Positions 1-7,505 are shown, counted from the stretch's first letter. The stretch is 37,040 bases of DNA from a virus (IMGVR_UViG_3300032373_000055:1-37040), one strand, 5' to 3'. Program-made: numbers and translations. The notes: generated by a model from the letters alone, not told the origin.

Positions 1-40
1 GACCAAAGGGGTGTGCATGAGTACTATAGCGCCTCAGCCA
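1..40 (+). promoter_or_regulatory. Probable sigma70 stable-RNA promoter of the tRNA gene
   Basis: -10 TACTAT at 22-27 followed by GC-rich discriminator AGCGCCTC; GACC at 1-4 lies 17 bp upstream, consistent with a TTGACC -35 cut by the window edge. Confidence 0.5.
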
Positions 41-48
41 ATTACTGA

Positions 49-124
49 TCCCCGATAGCTCAGTTGGTAGAGCAGTTGACTGTTAATCAATTGGTCGGTG
101 GTTCGAGTCCGCCTCGGGGAGCCA
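49..124 (+). tRNA. tRNA-Asn (GTT)
   Basis: 76-nt cloverleaf: acceptor TCCCCGA/TCGGGGA, D arm AGCTCAGTTGGTAGAGC, anticodon GTT at 82-84, GGTTCGAGTCC T arm, encoded CCA. Confidence 0.98.
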
Positions 125-125
125 T
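78..125 (+). repeat. att core, left copy (48 bp, 3' half of tRNA-Asn from the anticodon arm)
   Basis: GACTGTTAATCAATTGGTCGGTGGTTCGAGTCCGCCTCGGGGAGCCAT identical to 36914-36961. Confidence 0.97.
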
Positions 126-132
126 ATAAAAC

Positions 133-172
133 AAAGAGTTACAATCTTTAGCCCCGTAACTCTTTTAATTTT
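133..172 (+). terminator. Hairpin downstream of tRNA (possible terminator)
   Basis: AAAGAGTTAC (133-142) / GTAACTCTTT (156-165) perfect inverted repeat followed by T-rich tract. Confidence 0.55.
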
Positions 173-192
173 CCTAAAAACCTTCCTAAAAA
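171..192. promoter_or_regulatory. Putative integrase arm-type binding sites
   Basis: TTCCTAAAAA at 171-180 and 183-192; same motif near the other end at 36813-36821 and 36865-36874. Confidence 0.6.
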
Positions 193-207
193 GAATCTTC
201 AAAACCG

Positions 208-1299
208 TTATCTAGTCGGTAAAACTTCGTTTTTCTTGCGGTCGTATACATTCGCGGCGGCGTCGGTTTTGTGGCCTGTTGCGTCTTTTATGTTGCCTTC
301 GTAATCGCTTGCGCCTTTGGCTTTTATGTCGTGGAAGGTGAAGCGGGTAAATTCTATTTCTCGTTTTTTTGCTTCAATTTCGGCGGCGTCCATTAAGCGC
401 TTCCATGCGGTAGTAAAGGCTTCTTCTTTTATCTCTGCGCCGTGAGCATCGGTAAAGATGGGTGATTTTGTTTTATCAAACCGTACCAGGTTACGCGGGC
501 GATTTAAGCCGGTGTCTACTGCTGTGCGTAGTCGGTTGCTCCATAGGGTTATCGCGTCGTTTGATCCCTTTACGCGGCGCGTGTCGAAGCCTACGGGGAG
601 AATGTCGGATTCTGCGCTTTGGCGGATTTCTATGCGGCGCATACGGCACAGGTAGGCCATTTCCATAAAAGGGCGAATATACCAGGCGCGTGCGCCTGCT
701 AGCTCATACACAAGATCATACCAAGCATCTTTAATGTATAGGTCGCGTGATTTTTCTTTGTTGCGGGTGACGCCGACGCATGGGTTTATCATGCCTTTGG
801 GTAGCTTGTCGCGGTTATAGGCCCAACTGTAGGCGGCGGATATAAATGCACGCTCTCTGTTGCCGCTTTTGGGTGCGCCCATTTCAGCGCGTCTGTCGAG
901 GTAGCCGCGAATAGTGCCGGGGGTTACTTCTCTAAAATCAGCATCACCAAAGAGTGAGCCGTCTGCGAGTTCGGTTTTAATGATTCGTGCGCTTGCACCT
1001 TTGTATTGCGCTTGTGTGGATTTTGCGCGCTCTTGAAAGCTGGGGGATTGAATGAATGAGGTTAATAAATATTTGAGCGCATGAATGTCTGTTTCTGTTT
1101 TCTGAATTTTGGCCTCGTAGGCTTTCCAGATATCAGATATGGGCGTGTTTTTATCGCCACCGCACAGGCGGATTTCTTTACCGAATTTTGTTTTACCATT
1201 CGAGCGTCCGAGGTAGGGCTTATAAAACCACCGTCCTTTTGCAAAATAGGTGTAAGGCGGTAGTTTGTCGTCTGCTTTTTTATCGCGTTTTCTGGCCAT
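208..1299 (-). CDS. int: Phage tyrosine integrase
   Basis: Box I LCRMR, box II FHDIKAK...GHKT...VYDR; basic N-terminal arm-binding region; adjacent to att. Confidence 0.95.
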   Translation of the reverse strand: MARKRDKKADDKLPPYTYFAKGRWFYKPYLGRSNGKTKFGKEIRLCGGDKNTPISDIWKAYEAKIQKTETDIHALKYLLTSFIQSPSFQERAKSTQAQYKGASARIIKTELADGSLFGDADFREVTPGTIRGYLDRRAEMGAPKSGNRERAFISAAYSWAYNRDKLPKGMINPCVGVTRNKEKSRDLYIKDAWYDLVYELAGARAWYIRPFMEMAYLCRMRRIEIRQSAESDILPVGFDTRRVKGSNDAITLWSNRLRTAVDTGLNRPRNLVRFDKTKSPIFTDAHGAEIKEEAFTTAWKRLMDAAEIEAKKREIEFTRFTFHDIKAKGASDYEGNIKDATGHKTDAAANVYDRKKNEVLPTR

Positions 1300-1370
1300 G
1301 TTGATTGCCTTTTTTGCCGTATAGCGCGCGGAAATTGCGGGTTATATGGTGATTGTCCTTCTAGTTATAG

Positions 1371-1541
1371 TTATATTTTTCTTAGTCTCATGTACACATC
1401 CAGCGCGACGCCACACCTTGCCGCCGCTACCTGCGAATCAGCCTCAAGCGGGAGATCTTCTGATTCAGCATTACTATCAATCGCAATGCTGGATAAGTAA
1501 TCAAGCAGCTCGTTTATCTTTTTTCGCTCTTTCTTCGTCAT
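1371..1541 (-). CDS. Hypothetical 56-aa protein (cassette-like gene, below ORF-track cutoff)
   Basis: MTKKERKKINELLDYLSSIAIDSNAESEDLPLEADSQVAAARCGVALDVYMRLRKI; AGGGG RBS; co-oriented with neighbours; stop lies in an ATATAAC core. Confidence 0.65.
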   Translation of the reverse strand: MTKKERKKINELLDYLSSIAIDSNAESEDLPLEADSQVAAARCGVALDVYMRLRKI

Positions 1542-1558
1542 AACTGTAATCCCCTAAA

Positions 1559-1627
1559 ATATAACTACACGCTCTAGGCCCGACAGTCTCGCTGCCGCTC
1601 GCCTACGGCTAAGCTAAAACGTTATGT
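1559..1627 (+). other. Integron attC-like recombination site (69 bp)
   Basis: R'' ATATAAC 1559-1565, 5-bp spacer, L'' GCT[C]TAG, central CTCGCTGCCGCTCG, L' CTAAGC 1609-1614, 6-bp spacer, R' GTTATGT 1621-1627; one extra C giving a bottom-strand extrahelical G. Confidence 0.75.
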
Positions 1628-1885
1628 GCTTACGCTGAGGCGTCTGTGTGTGGAAAGCAGAGCAGACTTACTCTTACCTAGCCAATAAAAAATATCGTGT
1701 GGCGTTTGTTTCGCTACTTCACCTGCTATTAACATTATTTCTATTCCATGTTTACGCTCAGCCGCTGCAAGCTCATATTCCAGCATGCGCGTTCCCGATG
1801 CGGTTTTACTAAAAGATGATGCCATTGCGCGTAACAAGTCATCCTTGTGGGCGGGCGTTGTCGGTGCTGTTTCCTTTTGCTTCAT
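1622..1885 (-). CDS. Hypothetical 87-aa protein (cassette-like)
   Basis: AAGGGG RBS; start codon inside the attC-like element 1829-1914; stop inside the core at 1621-1627. Confidence 0.65.
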   Translation of the reverse strand: MKQKETAPTTPAHKDDLLRAMASSFSKTASGTRMLEYELAAAERKHGIEIMLIAGEVAKQTPHDIFYWLGKSKSALLSTHRRLSVST

Positions 1886-1914
1886 AGTGCTACCCCTTAA
1901 TTTAAGAGTTAGAT
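1829..1914 (+). other. Degenerate attC-like site (86 bp)
   Basis: GCGTAAC-AAGTC-AT left end; CCCCTTAAT-TTAAGA-GTTAGAT right end with 6-bp spacer; the L boxes no longer pair. Confidence 0.5.
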
Positions 1915-2133
1915 TTAGTGCTGTTCTTCTAGTATTTGATGCCCTACGCCGATATGCATGGCTCTAAGTAGCGCCCACACTTCAGGAGGTACATTTTTTT
2001 TAACTTCGGTTTTTCGTTCTTTTACTAGTCCGATGATATCCGTATCAGGGGAGTGACCGGCTATAAGAAGTTTTTCGGCTTCTTTTATGTGCGCGTTCCA
2101 GCTTGTATTTGGAGGGGTGGTTTTCATAATCAT
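1915..2133 (-). CDS. Hypothetical 72-aa protein
   Basis: ATGA overlap with upstream gene; stop abuts the core at 1908-1914. Confidence 0.6.
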   Translation of the reverse strand: MIMKTTPPNTSWNAHIKEAEKLLIAGHSPDTDIIGLVKERKTEVKKNVPPEVWALLRAMHIGVGHQILEEQH

Positions 2134-2375
2134 TCAGTCGTTGGGTTTGGTTTAATGTTGTATGGGTCGTCGTAAATAATAATTGGTTTTGGTTCTTTTT
2201 TAGGTAAAAACTCTATGATGGTAAGGTGTTTTTTTCGCCTCTGGAGTGTTGCGCCGCTTTTATTGATAACAAGAACTTTCTTGCCTGCGTTGAGGGCTGT
2301 TTCTTTTATTAGGTGTGCCGCGTGGCTTTTTCCTGCTCTTCTTTCATGCATGGTCATTAACTCCGGCGTTATCAA
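2130..2375 (-). CDS. Hypothetical protein (true start may be ATG at 2357 or later)
   Basis: Overlaps both neighbours in a leftward operon. Confidence 0.6.
   Translation of the reverse strand: MITPELMTMHERRAGKSHAAHLIKETALNAGKKVLVINKSGATLQRRKKHLTIIEFLPKKEPKPIIIYDDPYNIKPNPTTE
2357..2374 (+). other. Right half of an attC-like site
   Basis: TTAAC-TCCGGC-GTTATCA fits L'-6 bp-R' geometry; complementary TTGATAAC at 2263-2270 but no pairing L'' box. Confidence 0.4.
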
Positions 2376-2668
2376 TCTAGTCTAAGATTGGATATGAATC
2401 CTTCAAGACTCATCGGGCCTTCTTCGTGCACCTGTTTTCTCACTGTTGCAGGCTCAATTATCAGGCCGGGGAATATGTCAATTACTTGCGTTAACTCCTC
2501 TAAGTCCGCGCTTCCTTTTTCGAAAATCTGAGCTACCGCTTTTCCTTCGTCTGTATATTCTCTGCCTTTGTGGGGCTGATAGTGAAAGGCGCACGCTTTG
2601 TCAATTTTACCGGCTAGCGCGGGATCAATTTTTTGATCAAGCAGGTAATTTAGTAATGAAAATTCCAT
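2372..2668 (-). CDS. Hypothetical 98-aa protein
   Basis: Open frame in operon; TGA stop overlaps the core at 2368-2374; ATG lies in a GTTATGG on the minus strand. Confidence 0.6.
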   Translation of the reverse strand: MEFSLLNYLLDQKIDPALAGKIDKACAFHYQPHKGREYTDEGKAVAQIFEKGSADLEELTQVIDIFPGLIIEPATVRKQVHEEGPMSLEGFISNLRLD

Positions 2669-2705
2669 AACGCTATATAGATAGCGTCTATTTCCATTTT
2701 TTCCT

Positions 2706-2903
2706 CTAAAACGCGATTGTTTTCTTTTCTTGCTTTTCGCCTAAGATGCCACGGTCAACCGCTGCTTGCGTGGTGCAGATCGTGCCGCCTTTTCCGTAGT
2801 CGAAAGGGATTTTCTTTCTAGTCAAAAATTTCTCGATATCGGCGGGGCGCTGGTAGCCTGTCCACTCTTCGAGGTCTTTTTGATTAAGGAGTCCGGCGGC
2901 CAT
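2706..2903 (-). CDS. DUF4224-like excisionase-type small DNA-binding protein
   Basis: L..kDLeeWTGYqR...iekFL....IPF...kGG pattern typical of DUF4224 proteins found next to phage integrases. Confidence 0.7.
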   Translation of the reverse strand: MAAGLLNQKDLEEWTGYQRPADIEKFLTRKKIPFDYGKGGTICTTQAAVDRGILGEKQEKKTIAF

Positions 2904-2911
2904 GATGTGGG

Positions 2912-3169
2912 TTAGGCGGTTGCGTGCGCGGTTGTGGTGATGGCTGATTGGTCTACCTGTATGAGCTTAATGCGCGGCATCCAGAACAGTTTTTTCTCGT
3001 TATAGTCGCGCGCTAGCAGGTTGTGCGAGCAGCTATACGCATAACGCGCTATCGGCGGTTTTGCGCCTGGTGCGAGGGTGATTGTTGTTCTGATCTTGTC
3101 GCACGCTTCTTTCGTCTCTTTGAGGCGCTGAATGCGTGCGAGTGTGTTTCTGATGATAGTGGCTAGCAT
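2912..3169 (-). CDS. Hypothetical phage protein
   Basis: AAAGGGAG RBS, ATG, operon context. Confidence 0.65.
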   Translation of the reverse strand: MLATIIRNTLARIQRLKETKEACDKIRTTITLAPGAKPPIARYAYSCSHNLLARDYNEKKLFWMPRIKLIQVDQSAITTTAHATA

Positions 3170-3224
3170 GATGATCTCCCTTTAGTGGTCTGTTGGTGTT
3201 GCGTTGGTTGTGTGGTGTGAGCCG

Positions 3225-3611
3225 CTACCACCTGGGGCCGCCCGCGCGCACGGCGTAATACATTGCCTTTGCCTTAAGTTTTGGCACGTCATCGGCAATC
3301 ATCGCCTCGTAAAACATTTTATGAACGGCTCTATGCGGTAGTGTTTTTGATGCGCAGTAAACATCATGGATGACAGAGGGGCGTCTGTATTTTCCAACGA
3401 AAGGCGAGCCGATGAAGCGCCAAAAGAATCGTGGAATACTTGCACCGTCAACGATGTCGCCAGCTTGTGCGCGCCATGTTGTGCCGGTTGAGTCTGTATA
3501 GCTTAGGCTTTCTATTAGCCGCATTTTTCTTTCGTCGTCATTTAGCCATTCGACTTTCACGCTGTTATCAAAGGTCATTAATGTTTGGTCGTTCACTTTA
3601 AATTGCCTCAT
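3225..3611 (-). CDS. DUF1353 family protein
   Basis: DGASIPRFFW..IGSP..GKY...SVIHD..C and MYYAVR.GG motifs. Confidence 0.85.
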   Translation of the reverse strand: MRQFKVNDQTLMTFDNSVKVEWLNDDERKMRLIESLSYTDSTGTTWRAQAGDIVDGASIPRFFWRFIGSPFVGKYRRPSVIHDVYCASKTLPHRAVHKMFYEAMIADDVPKLKAKAMYYAVRAGGPRW

Positions 3612-3906
3612 CTTTGCGTGGGTTGCTGCCTGCTAATGTGAAATCGCGAAATCTAACTTTGACTTCACCGAATTGCACGAGTTGCCGTGCGCGGTGAATG
3701 AGTTTCTTGAGAAACTTTTTCGCGTCTTTCTCTGTTGCGTTGCTGCCAACTGTTGTGACGCCTTTATACTGAATGCGGTAGGCGAAGCGGTGCGATGCGA
3801 TGCGGATTGACGGTGCCCAGCTGGCTTTATCAATCGGGCAAAGATCCGCTTTAATGCCTGCCTCATCAACAGTGATGGGCTTTGATGGTTTTCGCCTCGC
3901 TGTCAT
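3598..3906 (-). CDS. Hypothetical basic protein
   Basis: ATG at 3906 overlaps the ParB stop (ATGA) with GGAG RBS. Confidence 0.65.
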   Translation of the reverse strand: MTARRKPSKPITVDEAGIKADLCPIDKASWAPSIRIASHRFAYRIQYKGVTTVGSNATEKDAKKFLKKLIHRARQLVQFGEVKVRFRDFTLAGSNPRKDEAI

Positions 3907-5519
3907 TGGGTGTTCTCCGTTGTGAGTTTTTCCCACGCCCAACGGATGCCGGGCGGCACTCCTTTTATCTCGCTGCTGATGGCGTCTAGTTCTTCACTAG
4001 CATATTCGGGCGCGTGTTGTTTGCGGTATTCATCGTTGACTCGATAATCGGCGATGGTGATGCGGCGTGACTTGATTAGGCGCGCCAATGCTTTGTTGTG
4101 GGTTTTCGCTACGTGGATTTCGACTAGCTGAGGCAGTAAGTCGCCCACCATGTGGCTGCCCAGAAATTTGTCTGCTGTTGTCAGGTCAAGTTTTTGCAGC
4201 TTGTCGAAAAGGGTTGTTTCTTCTTCGTCGCTCCAGTATTGGTCGTGATCGCAATAATCGGTATCTAGTGTTTCTCGAGAAACGCCGTTAGGTGAGCGTG
4301 CGATAACCCACAATAAAAAATTAATACTGTCATCGGGGTCGGCTGATAGAGCGTTGGTTATATGTTGCTTTGCAAAGCTGATGACTAAATCGGTGTCGGT
4401 GCGCGCGGCGGTGTTTTTAATGTCAAAGCACGCGGTATTAAAACAGCCTTGAATGGTCTCGTTTTCGGTTGAGTCGTAAGCGGGCAGATTGTGGGCGCAA
4501 CCGTTGCATTTGGCTGGGTTGAAGCTGGCGTTTTCTAGCGGTAGCCAGTCTCGATGGCGGTAAAGTTCTTTCGCTGCAAGATCAACGCGACCCTGTTCAT
4601 CGGTTTCTATGATCGGCGCTGGCTTTGCCTCTCTCTCTTTTTGTTCTCTCTGCGCAGCTTTATTGTTTTTATTTTGTGCTGCCTCTGCCTTGGTCTTTTT
4701 GGTTTTAAAGCAGTCGTTGTCAAGGCAGAAAGTGCCGCTTCGGTTGTGTGTGCCAGTGACCTTGCGCATTTTTTGGCAGCCGACTTTTTTAACGCATTCC
4801 GTCTGGTAGTTGAAGGGCACCATCCACTCTTTGGTTAAATCTTGATGGAAGCGACTGAAAAGATCGTAGATTTCATCTTGTAGCTCGCGGGTATTGGGTT
4901 GCCATGGATCATCACCCGTAAGCAGGGTTTCTAGCTTATCCATTACGGTGGGGCTGTAGAGGGCGGGTAGTATGTATTTGCCGTGTGAGCCGGTTAGCTT
5001 GTTGTTTCGGATAAGGTCTTGCGCCCATGCTGGCAGCTCTGACAAGCGTGATATGTTGCTGATGTACGAGCGGCCCATATCATTAATGCCCTGCGTGGCT
5101 AGTAGTTTTTCAATTTCGGTGTATTTGAGCTTGTGCGTTTTGTGCAGCTCTTTGAAGAAGTTCGACCACTCCATCGGGTTCAAGTCCTGGCGTAGGCAGT
5201 TTTCTTTTACCTGGTCAACCAGGCGTGTGATTTCGTCGGTGGCTTCGCCATCGTAAAGCAGGCAGGGCACGGTCTCTTTATTGGCCATGCGGCTTGCGCG
5301 GTGTCTACGTTCGCCGTACACAATATAATAGGTGCCGGGTATCGTGGCGTTTTCACGAATGGTAATCGGTTGCTGTACGCCACGCCCTTTGATGTCTGTT
5401 GCCAGGCTGGAGAGTGCGACAAGATCAAAATCTTTTCGTGGTTGCGCTGGATCTGGTGTTACTAGGTCTAACGGCAGATGCGCAACAACGCCCGCTTTGA
5501 TTGTGGTGGTCTTGCTCAT
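3903..5519 (-). CDS. ParB/RepB/Spo0J-family protein with long Cys-rich C-terminal extension
   Basis: QPRKDF, GVQQPI, YGERRHRA (GxxRxxA), EN..RQDL, central HTH; two CxxC/CxxxxC clusters. Confidence 0.9.
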   Translation of the reverse strand: MSKTTTIKAGVVAHLPLDLVTPDPAQPRKDFDLVALSSLATDIKGRGVQQPITIRENATIPGTYYIVYGERRHRASRMANKETVPCLLYDGEATDEITRLVDQVKENCLRQDLNPMEWSNFFKELHKTHKLKYTEIEKLLATQGINDMGRSYISNISRLSELPAWAQDLIRNNKLTGSHGKYILPALYSPTVMDKLETLLTGDDPWQPNTRELQDEIYDLFSRFHQDLTKEWMVPFNYQTECVKKVGCQKMRKVTGTHNRSGTFCLDNDCFKTKKTKAEAAQNKNNKAAQREQKEREAKPAPIIETDEQGRVDLAAKELYRHRDWLPLENASFNPAKCNGCAHNLPAYDSTENETIQGCFNTACFDIKNTAARTDTDLVISFAKQHITNALSADPDDSINFLLWVIARSPNGVSRETLDTDYCDHDQYWSDEEETTLFDKLQKLDLTTADKFLGSHMVGDLLPQLVEIHVAKTHNKALARLIKSRRITIADYRVNDEYRKQHAPEYASEELDAISSEIKGVPPGIRWAWEKLTTENTQ

Positions 5520-5812
5520 GATGCGGCCTGCTTGTTTGCGTTTTCGATGTATTCCATGGCAGTGCTCACGGCGGCCTGATAATCACTGCCGCGCCCTAGT
5601 AGCTGCCAGCTGGCAAAAATGGCTTCGTTGACGGTAGTGACGGGCGTTTTTGCGGGTGCGTTTTTAATCACGTAATCGGCGAGGTCGATTTTGCATAGTG
5701 CTAGCCGCGCTAGCTGGCGTTTTCGCTTGGTCATTTGGGTGATGTTGGAAGCCACTGCGGCGGCGCGGTTGTCGTTTTGAATAATCTGGGTGGTGCTGTT
5801 TTGTGTTGGCAT
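5516..5812 (-). CDS. Hypothetical phage protein
   Basis: GAGGGAG RBS; ATGA overlap with ParB start. Confidence 0.7.
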   Translation of the reverse strand: MPTQNSTTQIIQNDNRAAAVASNITQMTKRKRQLARLALCKIDLADYVIKNAPAKTPVTTVNEAIFASWQLLGRGSDYQAAVSTAMEYIENANKQAAS

Positions 5813-5832
5813 TGTTGGCTCCCTCTCTGGTT

Positions 5833-6012
5833 TTAGTTTTCAGGCCGAAAGCGGCGGTTAAAATTTTCTCTGCTGAATACGCGCTCTTGATCGCATACCA
5901 CGTGGTCTTGACTGGTGGCGCGTACCTCTGCTCGCGTGCCGTTCCCGTCTACGTACCACTGCCCTATACCTGGCCGTGGAGTGGTGTATTGGCGCGATTG
6001 GTCGGGCTGCAT
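5833..6012 (-). CDS. 59-aa phage protein, DUF4222-like (below ORF-track cutoff)
   Basis: MQPDQSRQYTTPRPGIGQWYVDGNGTRAEVRATSQDHVVCDQERVFSRENFNRRFRPEN; fills the gap between flanking genes. Confidence 0.65.
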   Translation of the reverse strand: MQPDQSRQYTTPRPGIGQWYVDGNGTRAEVRATSQDHVVCDQERVFSRENFNRRFRPEN

Positions 6013-6013
6013 G

Positions 6014-6244
6014 CTAATTAACCTTGTGCGCTTCTATGTCTGGTGCGCCGCTTTCCCAGTAATCGAGCATGCGTCGAATTTCTCTGGTGCTGTCTGCTCT
6101 ATCGCATGAGCTGATGTATTGGGCGCGGCCTTCGGTGAAGATCATCAGCGTGAAAGCAACTTTTTCGCCTGCGGCTTCATCAATGAGCCGGTCAACCTCT
6201 TTCGCGATATCTGGTAGTTTTCTGCTTATCTTTTCAATTAACAT
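6014..6244 (-). CDS. Hypothetical 76-aa phage protein
   Basis: MLIEKISRKLPD...EAHKVN; ATG 2 bp after upstream stop with AAGGA RBS (the track's 178-aa extension overlaps another gene). Confidence 0.7.
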   Translation of the reverse strand: MLIEKISRKLPDIAKEVDRLIDEAAGEKVAFTLMIFTEGRAQYISSCDRADSTREIRRMLDYWESGAPDIEAHKVN

Positions 6245-6246
6245 GG

Positions 6247-6624
6247 CTACCATCCTTTGTGGTGGGTTAGTAGGGCGGTGGTAACGGCCATCTGGTCGGC
6301 ACTTAGCACGGATGGCAGTTTGCCTAGTGTGGTGCCGCTTTTGATCATGAGCTTGTTGCCTTCGGTCTCGTTGTACATGCTGACCATGACCGCTAAAAAT
6401 GTTGCGGCTTGCGTTGGGCGGTTTGCGATGGCTTTGCGGATAAGCGGCATATCGGGGCTGAGTTGGCGGTGGTGGGTGGCGCGTACCAGGAAGCCAACGC
6501 CGCCCGCATGAAATAGCGACGGCCCCGCTAATGCAGCGCCGCGTTTCCATGCCGCTAGAAAATCCGGGTTCCCGGTTGTCTTTGCTTGCCCGCCTAAGTC
6601 TGCCTGTGCTGCTGATGTGGTCAT
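6247..6624 (-). CDS. Hypothetical protein, first gene of the PL operon
   Basis: GAGGGTG RBS; ATG about 30 bp downstream of PL; ends in GW. Confidence 0.7.
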   Translation of the reverse strand: MTTSAAQADLGGQAKTTGNPDFLAAWKRGAALAGPSLFHAGGVGFLVRATHHRQLSPDMPLIRKAIANRPTQAATFLAVMVSMYNETEGNKLMIKSGTTLGKLPSVLSADQMAVTTALLTHHKGW

Positions 6625-6654
6625 GTTTTCACCCTCTGCTGATGCGCGATGGGT

Positions 6655-6697
6655 GAAGTAAAGCACACTTAACCTTTTAGGGTCAAGCCTACTTAAC
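6655..6697 (-). promoter_or_regulatory. PL promoter with two operators (OL)
   Basis: Operators GTAAAGCACACTTAAC 6658-6673 and GTCAAGCCTACTTAAC 6682-6697; minus strand TTGACC-18 bp-TTTACT with TGn extension. Confidence 0.75.
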
Positions 6698-6756
6698 TTG
6701 TTATGTGGTAATTTTAGGTTTGAATATTTGTTTTTTCGTATATAGGGAGTTCTCTA

Positions 6757-7227
6757 GTGGGATGTAAAAAGTGTGGTCTTGATCTAACGAAGGCTGAAGA
6801 AAATACCGGGTTGTGCTTTAAGTGCGAGGGCAGTCTAACTGAGGAAGAGACAGTTGAGCTGCGGCGGACGCAGCTCCTGCGTGATCAGGCTGTTGGTGGG
6901 GTGATGTTGACGACGGAAACTTACTCGCCTGATTTGGTGATTGATGAGCGGCTGGATGTGGTGACAGCTGAGTGTGTGTTTGGGATGAATATCTTTCGTG
7001 ATTTTTTCGCTAGTGTTCGGGATATATTTGGTGGCCGGAGTGCGGCAACACAAAATGTGCTGCGAGATGCCCGAACGATGGTGCTTAATGAGTTGAAAAA
7101 GGAAGCAAAGGCGGTTGGTGCTAATGCGGTAGTCGGCGTTCGCCTGGATTATAGTGAGATATCAGGAAAGGGAGCTTCAATGTTGTTTGTGGTTGCTAGC
7201 GGGACGGCTGTGGTGATAAAGAGCTAG
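6757..7227 (+). CDS. YbjQ/UPF0145 family protein with N-terminal CxxC-CxxC zinc ribbon
   Basis: [39 protein letters not shown] motifs. Confidence 0.9.
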   Translation: MGCKKCGLDLTKAEENTGLCFKCEGSLTEEETVELRRTQLLRDQAVGGVMLTTETYSPDLVIDERLDVVTAECVFGMNIFRDFFASVRDIFGGRSAATQNVLRDARTMVLNELKKEAKAVGANAVVGVRLDYSEISGKGASMLFVVASGTAVVIKS

Positions 7228-7406
7228 TTACCGTTAGCTGTGACTCATAATATTGACGGCTTCGACAATGGTGCGTCCTTTTGGTGGGCAGCCCCTCATG
7301 GGGGGTAGTGTCATTACGCTATATTTCTTGCTATTAACCCCTGTTACAGCCTATTATGACTTATATAATACCTCTCGGGTATTTATGAAATATGAATAGC
7401 TATTAA

Positions 7407-7419
7407 TATCAATATGTTA
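7407..7419 (+). promoter_or_regulatory. IHF-consensus site in AT-rich promoter region
   Basis: TATCAATATGTTA matches WATCAANNNNTTR exactly. Confidence 0.4.
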
Positions 7420-7505
7420 CAATAAGCTTAAGCCCTCAGCCTTTTGGTTGTGGTGCCGATATATATGATATAGAATGCACCACTATTTTTGCGGGGGCAT
7501 TTTGA

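Noticed and set aside
208-1299. Integrase as an integron IntI, or as inactive because box II reads HDIK rather than HxxR
   Set aside because: It lacks IntI-type box II and insertion features and sits beside a tRNA att; HD(L/I)KAK is a variant I recall in phage integrases
1346-1543. + strand 65-aa ORF as the cassette gene in conventional attC orientation
   Set aside because: No RBS and shadow-like composition; the minus-strand 56-aa ORF has an RBS and fits the operon
2650-2706. 15-codon minus-strand ORF with a good RBS upstream of the 98-aa gene (leader peptide or frameshift)
   Set aside because: Too short to judge and no supporting signal
3649-3704. AAATCTAAC (complement of GTTAGATTT at 1908) followed by a TTCACCG/CGGTGAA hairpin as another attC
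   Set aside because: Lies mid-gene, R' spacing is wrong and the R' core is poor; probably chance
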